DNA of 32,000 bases from Aliivibrio fischeri ES114 (GTDB lineage Bacteria > Pseudomonadota > Gammaproteobacteria > Enterobacterales > Vibrionaceae). Numbering within the stretch: position 1 is the stretch's first letter; each line of letters starts with the position of its first letter. Below the pieces are notes generated by a model. That model had not been told where the DNA came from. It searched no databases and was given only the letters and a program-made list of their open reading frames with translations. The stretch lies in assembly GCF_000011805.1 (NCBI RefSeq), contig NC_006840.2; one strand, 5' to 3'. The position numbers and the translations under genes were made by a program. Below, piece after piece: positions 1-9,614 of the stretch.

Positions 1-342
1 AGATGCTTTGATTTCTTTTACTAATTTCTTAGCAATTAGCGTATCAACACCTTGTTTAAAATCGATGTCTTGGTAAAAATTCTTACCTGAGTGAACCGCA
101 TCTTTGATATCCATAGCACGAGCATCAACGCCACGTTTTGCTAGGTTACCACGAAGAATATCAACTAGTTGAGACAGTTGGAAATCATCTTCAGCTTTGA
201 TTTTGATGTTTTCGCCTTTAAGTTCAAAGCTAGCGTCAACGCCACGAAAATCAAAGCGAGTTGCAAGTTCACGTGTTGCGTTATCAACCGCATTCTTCAG
301 TTCTACATTATCAACTTCAGAGACAATATCAAAAGCAGGCAT
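1..342 (-). CDS. yajQ: YajQ family nucleotide-binding protein (partial, runs off left edge)
   Basis: Reverse-strand frame begins ATG at 342: [52 protein letters not shown]..., the characteristic YajQ N-terminus; no stop before position 1. Confidence 0.93.
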   Translation of the reverse strand, partial: MPAFDIVSEVDNVELKNAVDNATRELATRFDFRGVDASFELKGENIKIKAEDDFQLSQLVDILRGNLAKRGVDARAMDIKDAVHSGKNFYQDIDFKQGVDTLIAKKLVKEIKAS

Positions 343-358
343 AGTTTTAATCCTTAAA

Positions 359-1411
359 TTAACGAGATGTTTTAATAGTATTCGATAACATGTCTAACAT
401 AGCCACGGTATCTTCCCAACTTAAACATGGGTCTGTAATAGATTGACCATAAGTTAGGTTATTTAAATCCGTCATTGGTTGGTTGCCTTCAACAATGAAG
501 CTTTCAGCCATAATACCAACAACTTTATTGCTACCAGATTCGATTTGAGCACAAATATCTTTGGCTACATCGAGTTGGCGGCGGTGTTTTTTCTGACAGT
601 TAGCATGACTAAAGTCAACGATTAGGTGAGGAGGCAAATCAACATCCGCTAAACGTTGACAGGCATCTGTCACTGAATCGATATCGAAGTTAGGCTTATC
701 ATTACCACCACGAAGGATCACATGACCAAATGGGTTACCCGCAGTGCGGTAAACTGTCATACGGCCTTGTTTATCTGGCGAGTAGAAAAAGTGAGAAGCT
801 TTCGCTGCACGAATCGCATCCATAGCAATTTGAATATTACCATTTGTACCGTTTTTGAAACCGACAGGGCATGATAATGCAGATGCCATTTCACGGTGGA
901 TTTGAGATTCAGTTGTACGAGCGCCAACAGCACCCCAAGTGATCAAATCAGCAATATACTGACCTGTGATCATATCTAAAAACTCAGTCGCTGTAGCTAA
1001 ACCCAGTTTGTTGATATCAAGGAGTAGTTTACGAGCCTTATGTAAGCCAGCTTCAAGTGCATAGCTGCCATCTAAATTAGGATCTGTAATTAAGCCTTTC
1101 CAGCCCACAATCGTGCGCGGTTTTTCAAAATAAGTACGCATAACGATGAAAAGCTCATCTTTATACTGTTCTTGAATGTTTGCTAAGCGTTGTGCGTAAT
1201 CCAATGCTGCTTCTGTATCGTGTACAGAGCATGGTCCCACAACAACTAAAAGGCGCTTATCTTTGCCAGTTAAAATTGCTTCAACCTGCGCACGAGATTG
1301 CTCGATATGTTCAGCAACATCGTCCGTAATAGGGTGAGCAGTCGTAAGCTCAGCTGGCGTTGGCATTGGGCCTAGAGGCTGAGTACGAAGTTCATCTGTT
1401 TGAAATGGCAT
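359..1411 (-). CDS. aroG: 3-deoxy-7-phosphoheptulonate (DAHP) synthase, class I AroG/AroF/AroH type
   Basis: 350 aa ORF with [48 protein letters not shown] and GIMAESF motifs. Confidence 0.95.
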   Translation of the reverse strand: MPFQTDELRTQPLGPMPTPAELTTAHPITDDVAEHIEQSRAQVEAILTGKDKRLLVVVGPCSVHDTEAALDYAQRLANIQEQYKDELFIVMRTYFEKPRTIVGWKGLITDPNLDGSYALEAGLHKARKLLLDINKLGLATATEFLDMITGQYIADLITWGAVGARTTESQIHREMASALSCPVGFKNGTNGNIQIAMDAIRAAKASHFFYSPDKQGRMTVYRTAGNPFGHVILRGGNDKPNFDIDSVTDACQRLADVDLPPHLIVDFSHANCQKKHRRQLDVAKDICAQIESGSNKVVGIMAESFIVEGNQPMTDLNNLTYGQSITDPCLSWEDTVAMLDMLSNTIKTSR

Positions 1412-1619
1412 AAAAGTTCGCCTGTTAATTCTTTTTTAATACACACCGATAAGATAACGGAAAACGAGAGGGGATGAAACCCAAAACTTTTATTGTTAGC
1501 CACAATAAGTAAATAAAAGTTAACTTGTTGTATCTTTTGGACTTGAGTTGTTGGCAATGTATCGGTATGTTCACATTAATAACAACATAAATGGTATTTA
1601 CGCGTTTACTGGAGCAAGC

Positions 1620-2504
1620 ATGACAGACACAATTTTACCGACACTTAATCGTGTTGCGAGTTTACCTTCATATCAATCAGAGACAGACTCAGACGCTTCA
1701 CTATATGTATCTATTGCTGCATTAATTCAAGAGCATTTGTTTTATCACCCAAAAGCAGTAATCAAAGCACCTGAAATGACGTCAATTGATGCTCAAAGTT
1801 TTGCTGCAATCATTGAAAGTGCGGCTGATGGAAAAACGCATTTTATTGATACACTAGCAAACGTGATTTTATCGAATGTTACTGAAGCGACAAAAGAAAT
1901 CAAAATTGCATTTTCAGATGCGGATAGCGCGGCTTTTGCAGGCCTTCTTGCGGGTCAACTAGAAGAGAAAGAAACCAATCCAATGATGGGAGTTCGAGGT
2001 GTAACTCGATACGCTTCTGACGCTAGCGCCGATCAATTTGCACTAGAGTGTGAAGTGATCAAAAAGGTCATTGCAAACACATCAGCAAGTGTGCAAATCG
2101 TCGTACCATTTGTTCGTAATTTAAGTGATGCTGCAACCATTATTGATCGCTTAGCGATTCAAGGCTTACCGCGTGGTTTAGATAGTTTAAAAGTACACTT
2201 TGTGTGTGATGTGCCAGCTGCAGCATTAATGGCAGATAAATTACTGCAATACTTTGATGGTATGGTGATTAATGTTGATACATTAACGCAGTTTACATTA
2301 GGCGTTGATAAGCAAAATGAAGCATTAGAACATCATTTTGAACCACAAAACGATGCGGTTATACACCTTATTGGACATGCTATTCAATCAGCTAATAAAG
2401 CAAATAAGCCAGTGTTAACCACCATTGATGAACTGGCTCAAAACCTTCGTATTCAAGAGTTGCTAGAGCAACTGAATGTCGTAGATGTTGTAGTTACAGC
2501 GTAA
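1620..2504 (+). CDS. Stand-alone protein resembling the C-terminal PEP-utilising TIM-barrel domain of phosphoenolpyruvate synthase; probably non-catalytic
   Basis: RBS GGAG then ATG at 1620. Segments NPMMGVRGVTRY, QFALECEVIKKV, IVVPFVRNLSDA, KVHFVCDVPAAALMADKLLQYFDGMVI and DTLTQFTLGVDKQNE match PpsA C-terminal motifs. The region expected to carry the catalytic GICGQ reads PVLTTID. Confidence 0.75.
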   Translation: MTDTILPTLNRVASLPSYQSETDSDASLYVSIAALIQEHLFYHPKAVIKAPEMTSIDAQSFAAIIESAADGKTHFIDTLANVILSNVTEATKEIKIAFSDADSAAFAGLLAGQLEEKETNPMMGVRGVTRYASDASADQFALECEVIKKVIANTSASVQIVVPFVRNLSDAATIIDRLAIQGLPRGLDSLKVHFVCDVPAAALMADKLLQYFDGMVINVDTLTQFTLGVDKQNEALEHHFEPQNDAVIHLIGHAIQSANKANKPVLTTIDELAQNLRIQELLEQLNVVDVVVTA

Positions 2505-2527
2505 CTTAATATTATTAAGTAGCAATA

Positions 2528-2567
2528 AAAAACGCCTTTATTTCGTTAAGCAATAAAGGCGTTTTTT
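2528..2567 (+). terminator. Rho-independent terminator after the PpsA-like gene
   Basis: AAAACGCCTTTATT...AATAAAGGCGTTTTTTT hairpin with T-tract. Confidence 0.85.
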
Positions 2568-2586
2568 TGTATCATAAGCTGTTTAA

Positions 2587-3942
2587 TTATTTTTCGTCAG
2601 ATATCTTTTCTATATCAATAATCTTTGAACGGTTAACAATGATTTTCCAGCGGTGCAACTGCGTGCTGTAATCATCCATTGTCTCTCTAATGACCAAATT
2701 AATTAAATGACGTTTCTCAACAGATTCTTTACTGACTTGACCATCATTTAAGTGATAAATCTTTTGAGACCCTTTCTCCATTAAACGAGCGATAGGGCGC
2801 AAATCAATCAGCATGGTTTCACGAGTTTGTTCATAACCACTCATGAATTTGGTTATGGCCATTTTAGTTTGACTTTTATAGGCTAAAACCACTTCTTCAC
2901 GTTGCACAACACGGTGTTTACGTAATTTTTGAATATCAGAATCAAGCTCAGCAAACGTCATGTAATCAAGCCATTCTAATTTTCTTCCAACATAAGTATT
3001 ACTTGTTGGGTCAAGGTAGCGTTTACGCCACTTAGGTTGTCCTTTACGTATCCAACGCCACATTACATCACGTAAGTCATCCTTAAAGACTTCACGCATA
3101 GCATAGATAAATGAGACCGCAAAAATGAAAGAGGCTGTAATTTCACCCAAGAAACCACGAGCTTGAATCACCATCAATGACACAAAGATCATGACCACAG
3201 CCGTTGCACCGCCTTTTACCATACGCTTAATATGTTTACCTAAAGCAAGGTTCTTTTCTTTAAGCACGATAGGGAATTCGATTAAACGACGCAGTAGACG
3301 CATTTTGTTTGACATACGAGTAATATCTTCCCGAGCTTTACGAGAGTTATAACTCTTATCTAAACGATGCAGATCTTCTTTTTCACAGAAATCGATAAGC
3401 TTCTCTTTCACTTCTTTATATTCTTCATTACGCGGCATGTGCGCAATCAGAGAAAGAAACTTCTGCTCGGTGTACCAAGAAAGGTAATTGTCGATGTTTG
3501 CGTAGTAACGCTTTAGCGTATCGTCATAAGGTACATTACGACGTAACTTTCTAAGGATATCAATTGCGAGTTCAATAGCATCTTCAACTTCCTCGTGCGT
3601 AATGTCGTCACGAGTCGTATCGCTTAGTTGTTGTATCGCTTTTTCTAATGCAAGGGCATATTGATAGGCGTATAAACTCAAACTTAAACGATATTGTTCG
3701 CTCGATAAACGTCCACGTTGTGCAAGGCGAGAGTGCACAAGAGGTAGGTGGTTTTTATCACTAAAATAGGTTCGTTGGCTTTGAATCGAGTTGTAATAAA
3801 ACTCAGATTCAGAAATCATATCCTTGTTTAATCCAAGCTCACCAGGAATAAAAAGAAACATTTCTAGTTCATGTTGTTTGGATTCTTCAACAATATGAGA
3901 AATTTTTAGTGATAAGCCATCCTTCTTACCAACTGTAATCAC
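2587..3942 (-). CDS. Conserved hypothetical protein with a central membrane segment
   Basis: 451 aa ORF, helical and charged, with hydrophobic stretch GATAVVMIFVSLMVIQARGFLGEITASFIFAVSFIYAM. Confidence 0.8.
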   Translation of the reverse strand: MITVGKKDGLSLKISHIVEESKQHELEMFLFIPGELGLNKDMISESEFYYNSIQSQRTYFSDKNHLPLVHSRLAQRGRLSSEQYRLSLSLYAYQYALALEKAIQQLSDTTRDDITHEEVEDAIELAIDILRKLRRNVPYDDTLKRYYANIDNYLSWYTEQKFLSLIAHMPRNEEYKEVKEKLIDFCEKEDLHRLDKSYNSRKAREDITRMSNKMRLLRRLIEFPIVLKEKNLALGKHIKRMVKGGATAVVMIFVSLMVIQARGFLGEITASFIFAVSFIYAMREVFKDDLRDVMWRWIRKGQPKWRKRYLDPTSNTYVGRKLEWLDYMTFAELDSDIQKLRKHRVVQREEVVLAYKSQTKMAITKFMSGYEQTRETMLIDLRPIARLMEKGSQKIYHLNDGQVSKESVEKRHLINLVIRETMDDYSTQLHRWKIIVNRSKIIDIEKISDEK

Positions 3943-4031
3943 AGGAAATTCCTATAAAAATGCTAATTCATACAGCAAGCATATCAGAGTTCGGGTATAA
4001 TCACCGAGTATTTTATTTAGGAATTGAAGTA

Positions 4032-4868
4032 ATGGTTAAAATTGGTCAAATCAACAAATTAGAAGTAACAAAAACCGTAGATTTTGGTGTCTTTTTAGAT
4101 GGCGAAGATTTTGGTTCAATTCTTCTTCCAAGTCGTTTTGTTCCAGAAGGCACAGAAGTAGGCGAAGCACTGGATGTGTTTATCTATTTTGATTCAGAAA
4201 ATGAAGTGGTAGCAACAACTGAAACGCCAAAAGCACAAGTGGGTCAATTTGGACTAATGAACGTGATCGGTACAAACAGTATCGGTGCATTTGTGGATTG
4301 GGGCATTGCTAAAAAAGATCTGCTTATTCCATTTAGTGAGCAACGTGGTCGTTTAAATGAAGGTCAATCAATCCTTGTTTATGTATACACAGATAAAGCC
4401 TCCGGTCGTATCGTAGGAACAACACGTTTCAACAAGTGGTTAGATAAGACACCAGCAAACTACGAGAAAGGTCAACAAGTTGATATCTTAATTGCTGAGC
4501 GAACAGATCTTGGTTACAAAGCCGTTGTGAATGGCGAGCATTGGGGATTAATTTTCCACTCTGATGTATTTGGCAAACTGTTCATTGGTAAGCAACTAAA
4601 AGCATTCATTAGTGATGTGCGTGAAGATGGCAAAATATCATTATCGCTTCAACGTCCTGGTAAAGCACGTATGGATGACTTAAGTGAAAAAGTGATTGCG
4701 ACATTAGAGAAGAAAGAAGGTTTCTTACCGCTAAGTGATAAATCATCACCAGATGCAATTTTTGCTGAGTTTAGAACCAGTAAAGGCACGTTTAAGAAAA
4801 CCATTGGTGGTTTATATAAAGCAGGTAAGATCACCATCGAAAAAGACGGTATTCATTTAGTTAAATAA
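4032..4868 (+). CDS. cvfB: CvfB/YitL family S1-like RNA-binding protein
   Basis: MVKIGQINKLEVTKTVDFGVFLDGEDFGSILLPSRFVP..., with tandem S1-like domains and a C-terminal winged-helix-like segment. ATG at 4032 is preferred over the upstream non-ATG start. Confidence 0.85.
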   Translation: MVKIGQINKLEVTKTVDFGVFLDGEDFGSILLPSRFVPEGTEVGEALDVFIYFDSENEVVATTETPKAQVGQFGLMNVIGTNSIGAFVDWGIAKKDLLIPFSEQRGRLNEGQSILVYVYTDKASGRIVGTTRFNKWLDKTPANYEKGQQVDILIAERTDLGYKAVVNGEHWGLIFHSDVFGKLFIGKQLKAFISDVREDGKISLSLQRPGKARMDDLSEKVIATLEKKEGFLPLSDKSSPDAIFAEFRTSKGTFKKTIGGLYKAGKITIEKDGIHLVK

Positions 4869-5029
4869 CGTTTTTACCTAAAAAATAGCCCGTAACTATT
4901 CCTGGTCACGGGCTTTGGGAAACGGCTCATCGCGAGCCTTGCGCTAATAATAAAATGGAAAGCATTACCTTATTTAGCGTAGTTCAAGGGCTCGTCCTGT
5001 CCAGTTTTTCTTCAGTTTATTTTCTGCAA

Positions 5030-6580
5030 TTATATATCTTGATAGTGAGTGATTTTATTACGCCCATTATGTTTTGAGTAATATAGCGCCTTATCTGCTT
5101 GTTCAATTACATCATCTAATAGTACGTTTGGTTTATTAATTGTCGTAATCCCAGCGCTCAGAGTAATGTCTTCATGAAGCGTATTATAGTTTGAGATTTG
5201 CGTACGTATTTGGTCAGTAAATTCAATCACTGACTCAATGTCATTATCTCGAATAAAAAGAATAAACTCCTCACCACCATAACGACCAGCTAATACGTTA
5301 GGGTATTGAGCCATTGTTCTACCCACGATAGCGATCACCTTATCACCAACCAAATGTCCGTAATTATCATTAATACGTTTAAAGAAATCGATATCCAATA
5401 AAATAATCGAATAGGGCTTAAATTTGTTATTACTGTTACTCGATTTTATGAGTGGCGATACCTTGTTATGAAACGTCCCACGGTTGTATAAGCCAGTTAA
5501 ATAGTCTCTATTAAGTACATTAATTAATTTTCTATGGCGATGGTTAAGTAACAACATCAAAATCAAGATTAAAGTCGTTAAGCTGATCACTAAAGTCAGC
5601 AAGCTATATAGCAATGTATTGGTTGGTTGATTTAATTCATCTCGAGAAATACCTGAAATGATCGCCCAGTCCAAATAAGGGTAATAGATAAACAACACAT
5701 CTTTTTGATACGTTTTATTATCTAAAGTAATTTGGTAAGTGTAATCCTCAATATCCATACGAGAATGATCACTTGAAGTGGTTTGGTGTTGATTCATCTG
5801 TAAATTGTACGCATGAGCAGACTGACGTATTTTTTCTAACAGTCCATCAGCGTGAGAACCAATTAAGTCACGAACATTTTCGCCTTCATAGCTAGGGTGA
5901 AGCAATAACTTACCATCTAGGTCGATGACATAGACATAACCAGTTTCACCATATTGATATTTATTTAACTTGCCTTTCAGTAAGCTTTTATCAATAAAGT
6001 GAAGAAGTTCGTCCTTATAAGCACTTGCTGATACGATAAGATCAGAATCAGGCAAGTAAACCGAGTAAGTGATTTTCTTTCTTGGCTTCTCATCTCCAGG
6101 GTTTGTCCATAAATACTCAACAAAATTATCATCATTGCCAATTTGTTGCTGAATATGCAGGTACTGGCCAACATTACGACCCTGAAAGATAGGGTGGTAC
6201 AGTAAATCCCCATTCGAGTTTAGAATGTAAGGATAGCCAGTGTCTCCAATTTTGCTGTCGTTAATATAGTCTTGTATGACTCTTTTTTTTTGCTCAGCAC
6301 TTAATACTGGAGAGTTTTGAATTTGAGAAATAAATTCAGCAGAGGTTGTCACTATGCCTTTTAAATAACGTTTGATAGATTCATTAAGTGCAGTGTCTAC
6401 AATATCGTAACTGGCTTCAATTGAGTTGTTGAATGCCTGAAAGGATGATGTTTTGATTGTTTTTTCAACAGATTTAAAGTTTTTGACACTAAACGTGAGT
6501 GAAATAGCAGCCATCCCAACCAGGAGTAAGATGATAATTGGTTGTAAGAACGATAAGCGCTGAAGACGAGATTGAGGCAT
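5030..6580 (-). CDS. Membrane-bound diguanylate cyclase with periplasmic Cache-like sensor domain
   Basis: 516 aa; N-terminal TM, periplasmic region (GDTGYPYILNSNGDLLYHP, GETGYVYVIDLDGKLLLHP), second TM, then a C-terminal GGDEF domain with active site RYGGEEF. Confidence 0.92.
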   Translation of the reverse strand: MPQSRLQRLSFLQPIIILLLVGMAAISLTFSVKNFKSVEKTIKTSSFQAFNNSIEASYDIVDTALNESIKRYLKGIVTTSAEFISQIQNSPVLSAEQKKRVIQDYINDSKIGDTGYPYILNSNGDLLYHPIFQGRNVGQYLHIQQQIGNDDNFVEYLWTNPGDEKPRKKITYSVYLPDSDLIVSASAYKDELLHFIDKSLLKGKLNKYQYGETGYVYVIDLDGKLLLHPSYEGENVRDLIGSHADGLLEKIRQSAHAYNLQMNQHQTTSSDHSRMDIEDYTYQITLDNKTYQKDVLFIYYPYLDWAIISGISRDELNQPTNTLLYSLLTLVISLTTLILILMLLLNHRHRKLINVLNRDYLTGLYNRGTFHNKVSPLIKSSNSNNKFKPYSIILLDIDFFKRINDNYGHLVGDKVIAIVGRTMAQYPNVLAGRYGGEEFILFIRDNDIESVIEFTDQIRTQISNYNTLHEDITLSAGITTINKPNVLLDDVIEQADKALYYSKHNGRNKITHYQDI

Positions 6581-6704
6581 AAGATTAAAATCCTTTTAAC
6601 GGTATATGCAATTGTATTGGAAAGTATGGACTCTATCAATATGTTCTGATTTTATTCGGATTGAATGAGAAATAGACAAACGATTGATAATGAAAAAAAA
6701 TTAC

Positions 6705-6733
6705 TTGCAGACTGATTCTGAACTCGATAATAT
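6705..6733 (+). promoter_or_regulatory. Putative sigma70 promoter for the tRNA-Val genes
   Basis: TTGCAG, 17 bp spacer, TAATAT, about 20 bp ahead of the first tRNA. Confidence 0.45.
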
Positions 6734-6753
6734 CAGCCTCGTTCTAAAGGAAT

Positions 6754-6830
6754 GCGTCTGTAGCTCAGTTGGTTAGAGTACTACCTTGACATGGTAGGGG
6801 TCGGTGATTCGAGTTCACTCAGACGCACCA
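6754..6830 (+). tRNA. tRNA-Val (anticodon GAC)
   Basis: 77 nt; GCGTCTG/CAGACGC acceptor stem, CTACC TTGACAT GGTAG anticodon arm, GGTTCGAG-like T arm (GATTCGAGTTC), encoded CCA. Confidence 0.96.
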
Positions 6831-6907
6831 TTCCTTCTGTTTGTTTTTGTCAAACAACAACTATTGATTTAGTCACAATAGGTTTTATAGAAGATTTAGA
6901 ACACAGT

Positions 6908-6984
6908 GCGTCCGTAGCTCAGTTGGTTAGAGTACTACCTTGACATGGTAGGGGTCGGTGATTCGAGTTCACTCGGACGCACCA
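6908..6984 (+). tRNA. tRNA-Val (anticodon GAC), second copy
   Basis: 77 nt, identical to copy 1 except for a compensatory acceptor pair (GCGTCCG/CGGACGC); encoded CCA. Confidence 0.96.
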
Positions 6985-6998
6985 TTATTTAAACGAAG

Positions 6999-7024
6999 AA
7001 GCCCACCTAGTGTGGGCTTTTTTG
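6999..7024 (+). terminator. Rho-independent terminator of the tRNA transcript
   Basis: AGCCCAC-CTAGT-GTGGGCT followed by a T-run. Confidence 0.85.
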
Positions 7025-7073
7025 TATCTGTGATTTGCTGTTTTATTCATTATTTTTAAAAGTAACTTTGTAA

Positions 7074-7985
7074 TTAGAAGCTATATTTCAATCCTATTGA
7101 GAGTGTGGAGTATAGATTATCTAGGCCAGCTGCATTTTCGGAAAAACTGGAATCATTTGTTTTGTTATTGACCTTTGTCATATCTGCATTGGCTTCAAAA
7201 TATCTGGTATAAGCATATTCGGTGTATAGATTCATATTTGGACCGAAGTTATAGTTATAGTTAATCGATAGAGAAACGGCATCAGAGTATTCATTACTTT
7301 TTTCATAGAAAGTAAGGTTTCTTAGGTAGTGGTTATCAACATCTTTGGCTTTAACCCAAGGGCTTAATTTTAATAAAAAACTAAACTCAGAGTTATCTAG
7401 TCTGTATTTCCCTGTTAGCCCAGCATAAAACATACCGAATTCTTGCTTATAATCAATGCCTACAACATCAGGAAAAGTTCCTACATCAGTACCGTTGTTA
7501 TATGAGTAAGTACCACCTAAATCCTCCCATTTGAATTGGTTATATTGAAATCCTCCTAAAGCGCCTATTTCGTAATTGTTTTGAATGAACAGCCAATAAG
7601 TGGTATGTAAGCTCGCTTGATAAGCTTTTTTCAAGGTTGTTTTTGGACTTATAGATATATCAGTAGGAAAATGTTGATTTTCAATGAACCAATCTCGGTC
7701 TTCCATATGGGCGTTACCATCATCGATTAATATAGACCAAAAATCACCCGTTAAAGTCCATCTTTGGTTAATATTCCAGTCCGTTTCTAATTTTATGATA
7801 GGAACATTATCGATTCTCCAATCAAGCTGACTTAGTTTTCTTCCAGTGTCGTCATATACAAGTTCTTTAGATGCTCCGTTTAAAACACCCAGCGAAAGAC
7901 CTAAAGATATATCTTTTTTATCGCTCTCAGCCATTGCTTCGGAGATTAAAACTAGGGGAGTGAGTATGAAAATTAACTGTTTCAT
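7074..7985 (-). CDS. Omptin family outer-membrane aspartic-type endopeptidase (OmpT/Pla-like)
   Basis: Signal peptide followed by LSLGVLNGASKELVYDDTGRKLSQLDWRIDNVPIIK (compare OmpT LSGKTKERVY...GRKVSQLDWKFNNAAIIKG), MEDRDW (catalytic Asp pair), VDNHY (Asp-His pair), and a C-terminal beta-barrel ending in YSF. Confidence 0.9.
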   Translation of the reverse strand: MKQLIFILTPLVLISEAMAESDKKDISLGLSLGVLNGASKELVYDDTGRKLSQLDWRIDNVPIIKLETDWNINQRWTLTGDFWSILIDDGNAHMEDRDWFIENQHFPTDISISPKTTLKKAYQASLHTTYWLFIQNNYEIGALGGFQYNQFKWEDLGGTYSYNNGTDVGTFPDVVGIDYKQEFGMFYAGLTGKYRLDNSEFSFLLKLSPWVKAKDVDNHYLRNLTFYEKSNEYSDAVSLSINYNYNFGPNMNLYTEYAYTRYFEANADMTKVNNKTNDSSFSENAAGLDNLYSTLSIGLKYSF

Positions 7986-8409
7986 AAGTATGTTTGATAC
8001 TCCTATATTGTATATGTAAATTGGTTTTCTCGATGATGCTTTAAGAGTTCCTAATTAAGGTGGATGCCGTTTTAGCTATTTAAATGATGAAGCAAAAGGG
8101 GTGCAGAATTAGCCTTCAATTGAGAGGCATTGTAGGTTGATCTATTTTGAAGGGTAATTGTAAGAAGTTACAGGTACTGCTCTAGGGTATCTTTGTTATA
8201 TTGGTTTTATAAGTAGCAAATATAGGATACAAACATAGTAGACATTGATAAGGTGGTGTTTATTAATTTTACTGTGGATCCGTTATCTGTATAAATGCCA
8301 TAAACTCAGCAGAATCAAATGATAAAACCATTTATTACTTGTGCATACATCTTATTTTTATGACAATACTCGAAATTATTTATCAAACAGATGAAGTTGT
8401 GAGAAAAGT

Positions 8410-8841
8410 ATGAAACAGAAAAAAAGTATTATTCTGGTAGCGTCGCTAATGTCTTCGTTAGTTCTTACTGGTTGTGCGTCAAACGATGAGCTGATCGGAC
8501 AACAAAAGCAGCATGCAGAACAAATTAACACCTTAGAATCAACGGTAAGTACGCTAGAGTCTCGAGTAACAACGTTAGAGAACGAGCTACAAGCGCAAAA
8601 AGAAATAGATAAAGATATTTACCAAGAAGTAAACAAGCTAAATACAGAGCAAGGTAAATTGAAACAGCAAGCACAACAACAAGTTGAGCAAGCAGATAAG
8701 TTCTACACAATTAAACAAGATGATACGCTTTACAGCATTTCAGTAGAGTTTGGTTTAACAGTAGATGAACTACTTCAATTAAACCCAAAAATTGAAAACC
8801 CAAGACGTCTACTTATTGGACAAATCATCAACATCAAATAA
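8410..8841 (+). CDS. LysM-domain lipoprotein with coiled coil
   Basis: Lipobox LTGC, heptad-rich region (QINTLESTVSTLESRVTTLENEL), and LysM domain FYTIKQDDTLYSISVEFGLTVDELLQLNPKIENPRRLLIGQIINI. Confidence 0.9.
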   Translation: MKQKKSIILVASLMSSLVLTGCASNDELIGQQKQHAEQINTLESTVSTLESRVTTLENELQAQKEIDKDIYQEVNKLNTEQGKLKQQAQQQVEQADKFYTIKQDDTLYSISVEFGLTVDELLQLNPKIENPRRLLIGQIINIK

Positions 8842-8860
8842 TGGTGTTAAATAAGTAACG

Positions 8861-8890
8861 AAAAGCCGCTAATCAATAGCGGCTTTTTTT
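8861..8890 (+). terminator. Terminator after the LysM lipoprotein gene (near-palindromic, probably bidirectional)
   Basis: AAAAGCCGCTAATCAATAGCGGCTTTTTTT. Confidence 0.85.
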
Positions 8891-8910
8891 ATGGTTTGCG
8901 GAGGTGTGGG

Positions 8911-9108
8911 TTACCTCTCTAAGGCTTCTTTAATTCGTTGCATTGCTTGAATAAGTACCTCACGAGGACAACCTAGATTTAAGCGAATAAATCCTGAACC
9001 TTCATTGCCAAACGCAATCCCCATGCTTGGAACTATCCCTGCTTCTACTAATTTTCTTTCTAGTTCTTTATCTGTTAGTCCAAGATCTCGGCAATCTACC
9101 CATGCTAA
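8911..9108 (-). pseudogene. C-terminal remnant of a MalY/PatB-type aminotransferase gene
   Basis: Reverse translation parallels the C-terminus of the intact gene (LAWVDCRDL.LTDKELERKLVEAGIVPSMGIAFGNEGSGFIRLNLGCPREVLIQAMQRIKEALER). Homology stops abruptly at 9108. Confidence 0.92.
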
Positions 9109-9614
9109 TTACTTGAGCGAGTAATAAACCGATTAATGCTTTAATAATTAACCAATTATAGGACTTATTCTGTGATTATAATCGCTGAAATAAAAGCGAT
9201 TATTTCCAGCCGATACATGTATTAGTTTCGGTATTAAAAAAATAATTGTTTTTCAGTAGGTCTGTTTTTATCTTTTCTATTTTTGAGCATATTAAATTAA
9301 CAGATTGATTTCCTGTTAATTTTTCTTTATCAATTGGAATACCATTAGAATCAATGAAGTTCTTTTTCATCTGAAGAACTAATATAAATTCTAATTGGAG
9401 CAGTGTAATAAAATAATTCTATTATCGGAAGCGATAATATTAACATTAATATTTAATATGCATTCATTCTTTTGATTTCTTAAGGTTATCTTTGACGTGA
9501 GGGGTTTTAATGAAATTATTACAATACTATAAAAGTGTGTTATTTATCACTGAAAATAAGTGTTAAGTGCGAAACTATTATTTAACAAATAATGAAAGTA
9601 GAGATGAATAGTGA

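Larger units (their letters stand above)
8861..9108. repeat. Direct repeat copy 1: terminator plus 3' end of the MalY/PatB aminotransferase gene
   Basis: Aligns with 13863-14109, with about 17 substitutions and 1 indel counted by eye over ~248 bp. Confidence 0.93.

Noticed and set aside
6754-6984. Short direct repeats suggesting a CRISPR-like array
   Set aside because: The repeated units are two complete tRNA-Val genes.
8911-9108. A second functional aminotransferase gene
   Set aside because: Only the last ~66 codons are present and homology ends abruptly at 9108; it is a remnant or recombination scar.
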